Below are positions 1-8,607 of a stretch of 34,711 nucleotides of DNA, piece by piece (within the stretch, counting starts at the first letter, position 1; every line of letters starts with the position of its first letter). Below the pieces are notes generated by a model. It ran no database searches. It was not told the origin of the DNA and saw nothing but the letters and a program-made list of their open reading frames with translations. Source of the DNA: a virus (Duplodnaviria > Caudoviricetes); the IMG/VR virus record IMGVR_UViG_3300047480_000737, positions 1-34,711 of that record, one strand, 5' to 3'. A program made the translations under genes and the position numbers.

Positions 1-2
1 GA

Positions 3-785
3 CATTCTGAACCTAATGTGTATAAGGAAGATTCTTTCACTAAACAGAAAGAACGAGTTAAACAATATTTGGAAGAAATGTTTGTAAGACAGATAGACAT
101 TGACAATAATGAAGCTGATGATTTAATCGCTTATTATTGTCAGGTGTCTCCTGATGAAAATAAGACAATATTTTCAGGTGATAGAGACTTAACACAGTTA
201 ATCTCAGAACGTGTCTCTATCTATTCCCCAAACACTAAGACGATGTATCAGAATGGTGATAAGATTAAGATATATCACTATGAATTCCCACATCAAAACA
301 TTAAAACCTATAAGATATTATCTGGTGATAAATCGGATAACATAGACGGTATCTATTACTTAGGTGAGAAAACTTTGGTTAAATTATTTCCTGAGCTACT
401 TGAAAATACGGTAAATGTTTCCGATATTTTAACTAAGGCTGAAAAGTTATTTGAAACGGACAAAAACAACACTGCGTTAAATAATCTACTTACAGGTAAG
501 ACTAAAACTGGTGTATATGGGAATGAATTTTTTGTAATTAATGAAAAAATCGTAGATTTGTCTAATCCTTTAATAACTGATGAAGCGAAAGAGTTAGTTG
601 AACTTTATTATAGAGAGAGTTTAGACCCCGATGGTAGGGGGTATAAAAACTTAATAAAGATGATGATGGAGAACGGATTCTTTAAATACCTACCAAAAAC
701 TGATGATGCTTGGGTTAACTTCATCAGACCTTTTATGAAACTAACCCGAAAAGAAAAAAGAAATTATAAAACAAACAAAAATTAA
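3..785 (+). CDS. 5'-3' exonuclease / flap endonuclease (T4 RNase H / Pol I 5'-nuclease-like), 5'-truncated by the window edge
   Basis: Motifs EADDLIA, SGDRDLTQL and the H3TH signature GDKSDNIDGIYYLGEKT. The frame is open from position 3 (HSEPNVYK...), so the GTG at 18 is probably not the true start. Confidence 0.88.
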   Translation, partial: HSEPNVYKEDSFTKQKERVKQYLEEMFVRQIDIDNNEADDLIAYYCQVSPDENKTIFSGDRDLTQLISERVSIYSPNTKTMYQNGDKIKIYHYEFPHQNIKTYKILSGDKSDNIDGIYYLGEKTLVKLFPELLENTVNVSDILTKAEKLFETDKNNTALNNLLTGKTKTGVYGNEFFVINEKIVDLSNPLITDEAKELVELYYRESLDPDGRGYKNLIKMMMENGFFKYLPKTDDAWVNFIRPFMKLTRKEKRNYKTNKN

Positions 786-788
786 ATT

Positions 789-1244
789 ATGACAAAAGAG
801 CAAGACTTAACGAAAATGGAGTTTTTACTTACGTTAAACGACAGAATCATTGTACAAAGATTTTACAATGTAAAAGGATTTAATTCATCGGCAAAAAATT
901 CGTTAGAGTTGTACGAGTTTATTAAAGATGTTAAAGAGGATTTAGAGTTAGATTTGAAAAACAGAACAGTTTCATATATGATTGATAATATCAATCAAAT
1001 TATGGAAGATGAGAACGTTTTAAACACCTCAATGACTGACGGTGAAGAACACTTTAATTTATTTATTAAGGTTGGTGATGAGACACTTTGTCATAGACAA
1101 TTCAATGCAAAATTATACCCGCCAAAAATAAGATACACCGTAGACGTACGTCCGTACCTAAAAACTGTACTTAAGGGTTTAACTGACATTTTTTCAGGTG
1201 AAAATTTAACTTATGAATATATAGGCCTTCCGCTTTCAGTATAG
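789..1244 (+). CDS. Hypothetical protein (151 aa) in the replication cluster
   Basis: ATG 3 nt after the upstream stop, tight packing, same codon style as neighbours; no motif recognised. Confidence 0.8.
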   Translation: MTKEQDLTKMEFLLTLNDRIIVQRFYNVKGFNSSAKNSLELYEFIKDVKEDLELDLKNRTVSYMIDNINQIMEDENVLNTSMTDGEEHFNLFIKVGDETLCHRQFNAKLYPPKIRYTVDVRPYLKTVLKGLTDIFSGENLTYEYIGLPLSV

Positions 1245-1251
1245 TATTTAT
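1245..1251 (+). promoter_or_regulatory. TATTTAT motif upstream of the helicase (candidate phage promoter element)
   Basis: The same heptamer recurs in intergenic gaps at 6147, 6173, 8495, 8585, 17226 and 23866. Confidence 0.4.
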
Positions 1252-1275
1252 CAATTACACAAACAAATATAGAGT

Positions 1276-2670
1276 ATGAATTCAGGCAAAAATTTTAATT
1301 ATTTAGGGGAAACTTTCCAATTACAACTTCTTAATCAAACTATCTTAGATAAAGAATTCGCTCGCTCAATTATTGATGTTATTGAACTAAATTATTTTGA
1401 AAACAAGTATTTTAAAATCATAATTCAGATGATTAAAGAATACTATAAAAAGTACGAATCAAGTCCATCTTTTGAAACATTAGGTCAGATTGCCAAGTCA
1501 GAATTCCAACAGGAATTAGCTGCCAGAATGGTATTAGACACGATTAATAAAGTTGCTGAGGCACCTCTTGAGGGTAGTACTTATGTTCAGGAAAAGGCAT
1601 TAAAATTCTGTAAACAACAAGAGTTACAGAAAGTGATGACAAAGGCTCAAAAAATCATTGATGGGGGTGAGTTTGAAAACTACGACACATTAGAAGAAAT
1701 GGTTAGTAAAGCCTTACAAGTCGGGGAGGTTGATAAAGGGACTGAGGATGTTTTTCACAATTTAGACGATGTTTTAAATGATGATTACAGACATCCAGTA
1801 CCTATGGGAATCCCAGGTATAGACAAACTACTTAAAGGTGGTTTGGCCAAAGGGGAAATCGGTGTAATTTTGGCACCAACAGGTGTAGGTAAATCTACAC
1901 TATTAACAAAAATAGCTAATCACGGATTTAACTTAGGTTATAACGTATTACAAATATTCTTTGAAGATAACCCAAAGATTATTCAAAGAAAACATTTTAC
2001 ACTTTGGACAGGAATTGCCCCTGATGATATGGCAAATAAGAAAGAAGAAGTAATGGAGAAAGTTACGGCAATTAAAGAATCTATGCCGAACAAGTTAACT
2101 CTTAAAAAATTACCTTCTGATACTCTAACTATGATGCAAATCAAAAACCAAGTTAGGAAAATGATTGCTGAGGGAAATAAAATTGATATGATTCTTTTAG
2201 ATTATATTGATTGTGTAGTACCTGACAAAAATCTTGGAGATGAATGGAAAAGTGAAGGTTCAGTTATGAGAGGTTTTGAAGCAATGTGTCACGAGTTGAA
2301 CATTGTTGGATGGACCGCAACACAAGGAAACCGTTCCTCGATTTCATCAGAAGTGGTTACCACCGACCAAATGGGTGGTTCTATTAAGAAAGCACAAGTT
2401 GGACACGTTATCATTTCCGTGGCTAAAACTTTACAACAAAAAGAAATGAAACTTGCTACTATCGCAATTACTAAATCTCGTATTGGTTCCGATGGTGTTG
2501 TATTCGAAAACTGTAAATTTGATAATGAACTTATTGAAATTGATACTGAAAGTTCAGTAACATTCTTAGGATTTGAAGAACAAAAAGAGGAACAAAAAAG
2601 AGATAGAGTTAAAGAACTTCTTGAGAAAAGAAAAGAAAGAGAGCAACAACAAAAACAAAAACAGTCTTAA
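1276..2670 (+). CDS. Replicative SF4 helicase, DnaB / T4 gp41-like
   Basis: Walker A APTGVGKS, Walker B ILLDYID, WTATQGNR and KSR motifs of DnaB-family helicases. Confidence 0.92.
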   Translation: MNSGKNFNYLGETFQLQLLNQTILDKEFARSIIDVIELNYFENKYFKIIIQMIKEYYKKYESSPSFETLGQIAKSEFQQELAARMVLDTINKVAEAPLEGSTYVQEKALKFCKQQELQKVMTKAQKIIDGGEFENYDTLEEMVSKALQVGEVDKGTEDVFHNLDDVLNDDYRHPVPMGIPGIDKLLKGGLAKGEIGVILAPTGVGKSTLLTKIANHGFNLGYNVLQIFFEDNPKIIQRKHFTLWTGIAPDDMANKKEEVMEKVTAIKESMPNKLTLKKLPSDTLTMMQIKNQVRKMIAEGNKIDMILLDYIDCVVPDKNLGDEWKSEGSVMRGFEAMCHELNIVGWTATQGNRSSISSEVVTTDQMGGSIKKAQVGHVIISVAKTLQQKEMKLATIAITKSRIGSDGVVFENCKFDNELIEIDTESSVTFLGFEEQKEEQKRDRVKELLEKRKEREQQQKQKQS

Positions 2671-2692
2671 CAAAAATTAAATTAAAATTACT

Positions 2693-3640
2693 ATGGAAAA
2701 AATATTGGTAGAAAATCCCAACAGGTTCGTTATCTTCCCTATTGAACACAATGATATTTGGGAGTTTTACAAACAACATCAGGCGGCGTTTTGGACGGCC
2801 GAAGAAATTGACTTGACAAACGACATTCGTGATTGGGAAAATTTATCGGATAATGAAAAATACTTCATTAAAAATATATTATCATTTTTTGCGGCGTCTG
2901 ACGGAATTGTAAATGAAAATTTGGCGGAAAATTTCCTTAAAGAAGTTCAATACCCTGAAGCAAAATTCTTCTACGGGTTTCAACTTATGATGGAGAACAT
3001 TCACTCATTAATGTATTCTCTTCTTATTGACACTTACGTCTCAAGTCCTGAAGAAAAAGATGAGTGTTTCCACGCAATTGATAAATTACCTGCGGTACAA
3101 AAGAAAGCAAAATGGGCTTTGGATTGGATTGAAAATTCAACCTTTGAGGAAAGATTAATCGCGTTTGCGGCGGTTGAAGGTATCTTCTTCTCGGGTTCAT
3201 TCTGTTCAATCTTTTGGTTGAAATCAAGAGGAATAATGCAAGGTTTATGTAATGCTAATTCACTTATCTTTAAAGATGAGAATTTACATTGTGACTTTGC
3301 AATTCATTTATTGAATAATCACATTGAAAATAAACCAAGTGAGAAAAGAATCAGAGAAATATTATTATCCGCATTAGAGATTGAAAAAGAATTCATTATT
3401 GAATCATTACCAGTTTCACTTATCGGTATGAACTCAAATTTAATGAAACAATATCTTGAATTTGTAACTGACGGTTTATTAATTAAACTTGGTTGTAAAA
3501 AAGAATTTAACGTTGAACAACCATTTAAGTTTATGGAACAAATTGCCGTTGAAACAAAAGGTAATTTTTTCGAATCAAGAACTGTTGAATACCAAAAAGC
3601 AAAGTTAGGTGAATCACTTTCATTTACCGATGATTTTTAA
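2693..3640 (+). CDS. nrdB: Ribonucleotide reductase class Ia beta (R2) subunit, eukaryote/Bacteroidetes-like
   Basis: [27 protein letters not shown] (radical Tyr), [10 protein letters not shown] and DENLH di-iron ligands. Confidence 0.96.
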   Translation: MEKILVENPNRFVIFPIEHNDIWEFYKQHQAAFWTAEEIDLTNDIRDWENLSDNEKYFIKNILSFFAASDGIVNENLAENFLKEVQYPEAKFFYGFQLMMENIHSLMYSLLIDTYVSSPEEKDECFHAIDKLPAVQKKAKWALDWIENSTFEERLIAFAAVEGIFFSGSFCSIFWLKSRGIMQGLCNANSLIFKDENLHCDFAIHLLNNHIENKPSEKRIREILLSALEIEKEFIIESLPVSLIGMNSNLMKQYLEFVTDGLLIKLGCKKEFNVEQPFKFMEQIAVETKGNFFESRTVEYQKAKLGESLSFTDDF

Positions 3641-3658
3641 TATATAAAAAAGAGAAAT

Positions 3659-6091
3659 ATGATGTCATTAAGAATAAAAAAGAGAAGTGGAGACGACGCG
3701 TCGTTTAACCCACAAAAAATATATCAAAGAATTAAAAGAGCGTCTAAAGGACTTAATGTTAATTCAGATGAAATCTTTATTAAGGTGATTACCTCAGTAC
3801 CAACTGAGGGTTTAATCACAACTAAAGAGTTGGATAAACTTATTTATGAAATTGCTGCAGCTTATACAGGTAGTCATCACGACTACTCAAGATTAGCTTC
3901 GTCAGTTGCAATATCTTCATACCATAAAGAAACTTCTGAAAGTTTTTCAAATACTATGCACACATTACACATAGAAGGTGTGGTAAATGATAGATTGATG
4001 GAGATTGTGGAATCTTACGGAGCAAGTAATATTGATTCGGTTATTAATCACGAAAATGATTACAACTTTGATTACTTTGCTTGGAGGTCGTTAATTGAAA
4101 TGTATTTGTTAAAAACACCACAAGGTAAAGTAATTGAAAGACCTCAACATATGTATATGAGGGTTGCGTTATGGGTTACTAACACTTTTGAAGAGGCCGT
4201 TGAGTATTACAACTCACTATCAACCCAACTTATTTCACCAGCAACACCAATTATGATTAACTCAGGGACTAAAACTCCTCAGTTAGCGTCTTGTGTGTTA
4301 CATTATAACGATTCAGATTCAAGAAACGGATTATTAAATACTTTCAACGACATATCAACGTATTCGTCTGACGCTGCAGGTATTGGGTTATGTTTATCTA
4401 ATATTCGTAGTAAAGAAAGTAGAATCAATTCTTCAGGAGGATTTGCGGGAGGATTATTGAAATATTTGAAAATTGTAAACGAAGGTTTAAGATTCTTTAA
4501 TCAACAAGGTAGAAGACCTGGTAGTGCGGCAATCTATTTAGAACCTTGGCATAAGGATATTATAGATTTACTTGAGATTAAAAAGAATACTGGTGCTGAG
4601 GAATTAAGAGCTCGTGATTTATTTACCGCATTATGGATTCCTGACAACTTTATGAAGGCGGTAGAAAATAACGATGATTGGTATTTGTTCTGTCCAAATG
4701 ATATTATTAAAGCAGGTATTAAACCATTACAAGAATGTTATGGTGACGAGTACGAAGAAAATTATCGTAAAGCAGTTGAGTTAGGTATTGGTAAAAAAGT
4801 ATCCGCACAAACAATTTGGAATAAAATTATTGAATCGCAAGTTGAAACAGGAGTACCTTATTTATGTTCTAAAGATAATGCAAATAGAAAAACTAATCAC
4901 CAAAATATTGGGGTAATCAAACAATCTAATTTATGTAATGAGATTTATCAGTTTACTGATGAGGAGACAACCGCGATATGTACATTATCTTCTATGGTAT
5001 TGAAAAACTTTATTGTTGATGGTAAATTTGATTTTAAATTATTATACAGTGAGGTTAGAAAAGTTGTTAGAGCGTTAAACAACGTTGTAGATAAAAACAA
5101 CTACTCTACAGATAAAGGACATAAAGGTGGTTTAGAACAAAGAGCGATTGCAATTGGGACACAAGGATTAGCGGATGTATTCTACTTAATGGATTATATC
5201 TTTACGTCTGAAGATGCTAAAAACCTTAACAAACAAATTTTTGAGACAATTTATTTTGCGGCAATTACTGAAAGTAACGACCTATGTAAAACAGAAAACA
5301 GAAAACCTTACAAATTCTTTAACGGTTCACCTATGTCTAAAGGAAATTTCCAATTTGATATGTGGGGATTAGAAGAGTCTGACTTATCAGGTATGTTTGA
5401 TTGGGAATCATTAAAAAATGATGTTAAAAAATACGGTGTTTGTAACTCATTATTCACGGCTCAAATGCCTGTTGCGTCTTCAGCTAAGATTACAGGTTCG
5501 TTTGAAATGACAGAACCAGCTCACTCGGCTTTATTCAATAGAAGAGTTGTTGGTGGTGAAATTATGATTGTTAACAAGTACTTGATTAACGACTTTGAAA
5601 AAATTGGAATTTGGTGTGAGGACCTAAAAAATGAAATCATCTTCAACGAAGGGTCAATCCAAAAAATTAACTTCAACGCTTACTTAGACACTGAAGATAA
5701 AAATTACAATAAAAAAGTTAAGAGAATTGAACACTTAATTCCGAAATATAAAACTATTTGGGAAATCTCACAAAAGGAACTTATTGATATGGCGGCTGAC
5801 AGAGCACCATTCATTGACCAATCACAATCAATGAATATCTATATGTCAAACCCAACATTATCTAAGATATCTTCATCACACTTCCACTCTTGGAAGAAAG
5901 GTTTGAAAACACTTTGTTATTATGTTAGAACAAAGGCGATTTCAACAGGAGCAAAACATTTGGCTATGGATATTTCAAAAATGGAATCACCTAAGAAAAA
6001 TGTTGAGGTACCTAAAGTAGATTATAGTCATATGAATCTACCACCAAAACCTGAGGGTATTGAGATTGAATGTTTTGGATGTTCATCTTAA
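3659..6091 (+). CDS. nrdA: Ribonucleotide reductase class Ia alpha (R1) subunit with N-terminal ATP cone
   Basis: ATP cone (IKKRSG...FNPQKI), SPATP..NSGT..PQLASC, active site SNLCNEI, YYVRT tyrosine pair, C-terminal CFGCSS. Confidence 0.96.
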   Translation: MMSLRIKKRSGDDASFNPQKIYQRIKRASKGLNVNSDEIFIKVITSVPTEGLITTKELDKLIYEIAAAYTGSHHDYSRLASSVAISSYHKETSESFSNTMHTLHIEGVVNDRLMEIVESYGASNIDSVINHENDYNFDYFAWRSLIEMYLLKTPQGKVIERPQHMYMRVALWVTNTFEEAVEYYNSLSTQLISPATPIMINSGTKTPQLASCVLHYNDSDSRNGLLNTFNDISTYSSDAAGIGLCLSNIRSKESRINSSGGFAGGLLKYLKIVNEGLRFFNQQGRRPGSAAIYLEPWHKDIIDLLEIKKNTGAEELRARDLFTALWIPDNFMKAVENNDDWYLFCPNDIIKAGIKPLQECYGDEYEENYRKAVELGIGKKVSAQTIWNKIIESQVETGVPYLCSKDNANRKTNHQNIGVIKQSNLCNEIYQFTDEETTAICTLSSMVLKNFIVDGKFDFKLLYSEVRKVVRALNNVVDKNNYSTDKGHKGGLEQRAIAIGTQGLADVFYLMDYIFTSEDAKNLNKQIFETIYFAAITESNDLCKTENRKPYKFFNGSPMSKGNFQFDMWGLEESDLSGMFDWESLKNDVKKYGVCNSLFTAQMPVASSAKITGSFEMTEPAHSALFNRRVVGGEIMIVNKYLINDFEKIGIWCEDLKNEIIFNEGSIQKINFNAYLDTEDKNYNKKVKRIEHLIPKYKTIWEISQKELIDMAADRAPFIDQSQSMNIYMSNPTLSKISSSHFHSWKKGLKTLCYYVRTKAISTGAKHLAMDISKMESPKKNVEVPKVDYSHMNLPPKPEGIEIECFGCSS

Positions 6092-6111
6092 TTTAAAATA
6101 TAACGACAATT

Positions 6112-6142
6112 ATCCCGACACTATGTCGGGATTTTTTATTTT
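6112..6142 (+). terminator. Rho-independent terminator ending the replication/RNR operon
   Basis: ATCCCGACA-cta-TGTCGGGAT perfect 9-bp stem followed by TTTTTATTTT. Confidence 0.85.
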
Positions 6143-6146
6143 ACAC

Positions 6147-6179
6147 TATTTATAAGAAATAATCACGACATATATTTAT
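6147..6179 (+). promoter_or_regulatory. Two TATTTAT motifs (6147, 6173) at the start of the structural module; candidate late promoter
   Basis: They lie between the terminator and the gp25-like gene; the motif recurs before other structural genes. Confidence 0.5.
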
Positions 6180-6183
6180 TGAT

Positions 6184-6642
6184 ATGGCAAATGGTAAAAC
6201 ATATGGGATTGCATTCCCCTTCAACAGTTCTACTGAAGGAGACTATCTGAAATTAACTCAAACTGCTAACGATGAGATAAGGACAGATTTAATTCACCTA
6301 CTTCTTACAAGAAAAGGGTCTAGATATTTTTTGCCAGATTTTGGAACTCGATTATATGAGTATATTTTCGAACCACTAGATACTCCAACATTTAACAGTA
6401 TTGAATCTGAGATTCGAGAGTCGTGTGAAAAGTATTTACCTCAATTAAGAATTACTAGTATTAGTGTCAAAGCTTATGTTAGTGAAGAGACAGAAAGTGG
6501 TGGTGTAAGTTCAGGTAGTAATACTACTGAGTATAATATGCCAGGTATGGGTGCCGATGAATACACCGCTAAGGTTAAAATAGATTACGTAATAACCGAC
6601 GATGTCTTTAGTAGTAAAGATTTCGTAATCTTAAATATTTAA
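6184..6642 (+). CDS. Baseplate wedge protein, gp25/GPW family
   Basis: GIAFPF...IRTDLIHLLLTRKGSRYFLPDFGTRLYEYIFEP matches the gp25 consensus (LLT..GER...P.FG..L...FE). Confidence 0.9.
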   Translation: MANGKTYGIAFPFNSSTEGDYLKLTQTANDEIRTDLIHLLLTRKGSRYFLPDFGTRLYEYIFEPLDTPTFNSIESEIRESCEKYLPQLRITSISVKAYVSEETESGGVSSGSNTTEYNMPGMGADEYTAKVKIDYVITDDVFSSKDFVILNI

Positions 6643-6647
6643 TTAAT

Positions 6648-8489
6648 ATGGCAGAAAAAAGAATATCCTATACCGTAAGGGACTTCCAAGAAGTTAGAAC
6701 GGAATTAATAAATTTCACAAAAACCTATTATCCTGAGTTAATAGATAATTTTAACGACGCGTCTATTTTCTCGGCTTTATTAGATTTAAATGCTGCCGTA
6801 TCTGACAACTTACACTTCCATATTGATAGAAGTGTTCAAGAAACAGTTTTACAATACGCCCAACAAAAATCTTCAATATTTAACATCGCGAGAACTTATG
6901 GATTAAAACTTCCAGGTCAAAGACCTTCAGTTGCTTTAGTCGACTTCTCAATTACGGTACCTGCAAATGGTGATAAGGATGATGAGAGATATGAAGGTAT
7001 ATTAAGAAGAGGAAGTCAAGTTACGGGTGTGGGACAAATTTTTGAAAACGTATACGATATTGATTTTTCATCACCATATAACTCACAAGGTTTCCCAAAC
7101 CGACTTAAAATACCTAACTTCGATGGTAACAACAATTTAATTAGTTATACAATAACTAAAAGAGAATTAGTAGTTAATGGTATTACCAAAGTATTCAAAC
7201 AAGTTATAACCGCCAATGACGTTAGACCGTTTTTTGAGTTGTTCTTACCAGAAAAGAATGTGTTAGGTGTTACATCAGTTATACAGAAAGATGGTACTAA
7301 CTACGCTAACGTACCTACGGTGTCTGAGTTTTTATCACCTGCTGGGAAATGGTATGAAGTTGATGCCTTAGCTCAAGATAGGGTATTCATCGAGGATTCG
7401 ACGAAACCAACTGATTTACCTGGAGTTAAAGTTGGACAATGGGTTGTTACTAATGACAGATTTATAACTGAATACACACCTGAAGGATTTTTAAAGATGA
7501 CGTTTGGTGGGGGTAACACATCGGCGGAAGACCAATTGAGGGAATTTGCGAGAAGTGGAATTGAGACTTTACCGATGCAGAATTATTTAAATAATTTTTC
7601 ATTAGGTAGTACGTTAAAAGCAAACACCACAATCTTTGTACAATATAGAATTGGTGGTGGATTAGGTACCAATATCGGAGTTAATACTATCAATCAGATT
7701 GGTACGGTTTCGTTCTTTGTAAACGGACCTTCAGAATCGACAAATACTGCGGTGGTTAATTCATTAAGATGTACTAACGTAACTGCGGCAATTGGGGGAG
7801 CGGGATTACCTACGTTAGAAGAAATAAGAAATTTTGTATCGTTTAACTTCTCGGCACAAAATAGAGCAGTTACGATTAATGATTATGAAGCTTTGATTAG
7901 AAAAATGCCAGGACAATTTGGTGCACCTGCTAAAGTCTCTGTTGTTGAGGAAGATAATAAAATTAGAGTTAAGATATTGTCATACGATACTTCAGGTGCT
8001 TTAACATCTATAGTTTCAAATACGTTATTAAATAATCTTGCTGAGTATCTTTCAAACTATCGTATGATAAACGACTACATTTCAATTGAAACTGCGGATG
8101 TAATTGATTTAGCCGTTGAGGCGTCAGTTGTGTTGGATGCAAGTCAAAATCAAGGGGTTGTTGTTGGTACGATAATTAATAAGATTTCGGATTATTTTAA
8201 TCCGTCAACAAGACAATTAGGGGGTAACGTTAATATATCTGAAATTAATAAAATAATTCAATCTGAGAATGGAGTGATATCGTTAACTGAATTAAAAGTG
8301 TTTAATAAAGTTGGGGGAGAATATTCATCTTCAGAAACTTCAATGAAATACGCGGATTCTTCTACAAAACAGATAGAACCTACCGACAATACTATCTTTG
8401 CACTCCCAACTCAAATCTATCAAATTAGATATCCAAATAAGGATATTACGGTTAAGGTTAAGAATTTCCAAACCGTATCAATTAGCTAA
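6648..8489 (+). CDS. Baseplate wedge subunit, T4 gp6 / baseplate J-like
   Basis: N-terminal RDFQEVRTELINF..TYYP...FNDAS and C-terminal GGAG..TLEEIR...SAQNRAVTINDY; follows the gp25-like gene. Confidence 0.88.
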   Translation: MAEKRISYTVRDFQEVRTELINFTKTYYPELIDNFNDASIFSALLDLNAAVSDNLHFHIDRSVQETVLQYAQQKSSIFNIARTYGLKLPGQRPSVALVDFSITVPANGDKDDERYEGILRRGSQVTGVGQIFENVYDIDFSSPYNSQGFPNRLKIPNFDGNNNLISYTITKRELVVNGITKVFKQVITANDVRPFFELFLPEKNVLGVTSVIQKDGTNYANVPTVSEFLSPAGKWYEVDALAQDRVFIEDSTKPTDLPGVKVGQWVVTNDRFITEYTPEGFLKMTFGGGNTSAEDQLREFARSGIETLPMQNYLNNFSLGSTLKANTTIFVQYRIGGGLGTNIGVNTINQIGTVSFFVNGPSESTNTAVVNSLRCTNVTAAIGGAGLPTLEEIRNFVSFNFSAQNRAVTINDYEALIRKMPGQFGAPAKVSVVEEDNKIRVKILSYDTSGALTSIVSNTLLNNLAEYLSNYRMINDYISIETADVIDLAVEASVVLDASQNQGVVVGTIINKISDYFNPSTRQLGGNVNISEINKIIQSENGVISLTELKVFNKVGGEYSSSETSMKYADSSTKQIEPTDNTIFALPTQIYQIRYPNKDITVKVKNFQTVSIS

Positions 8490-8510
8490 GGATTTATTTA
8501 TTACATTATC

Positions 8511-8551
8511 TTTTTATGTTTAGAGTAACTTGTTTTTTCTAAACATAAAAA
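8511..8551. repeat. 14-bp perfect inverted repeat with 13-nt spacer in an intergenic gap
   Basis: TTTTTATGTTTAGA (8511-8524) and TCTAAACATAAAAA (8538-8551). Confidence 0.8.
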
Positions 8552-8584
8552 CCAGTGCACAGACTTGAAAAACAGTCTATCAAC

Positions 8585-8591
8585 TATTTAT
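8585..8591 (+). promoter_or_regulatory. TATTTAT motif (AACTATTTAT context) upstream of the 1630-aa gene
   Basis: The identical 10-mer AACTATTTAT also occurs at 17223-17232. Confidence 0.5.
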
Positions 8592-8607
8592 CGATTAAAG
8601 GAATATA

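Noticed and set aside
1242-1244. Stop-codon reassignment (the only TAG among otherwise TAA stops)
   Set aside because: All genes are intact in the standard bacterial code; read-through would add only about 18 codons and is out of frame with the helicase.
2693-6091. Giant eukaryotic virus (NCLDV) origin suggested by the eukaryote-like RNR and collagens
   Set aside because: gp25/gp6-like baseplate genes, a DnaB-type helicase, coupled operons and intrinsic terminators indicate a tailed bacteriophage.
1276-6091. Inteins or introns in the helicase or RNR genes
   Set aside because: Protein lengths are normal and the motifs are contiguous; no splicing or homing-endonuclease signatures were seen.
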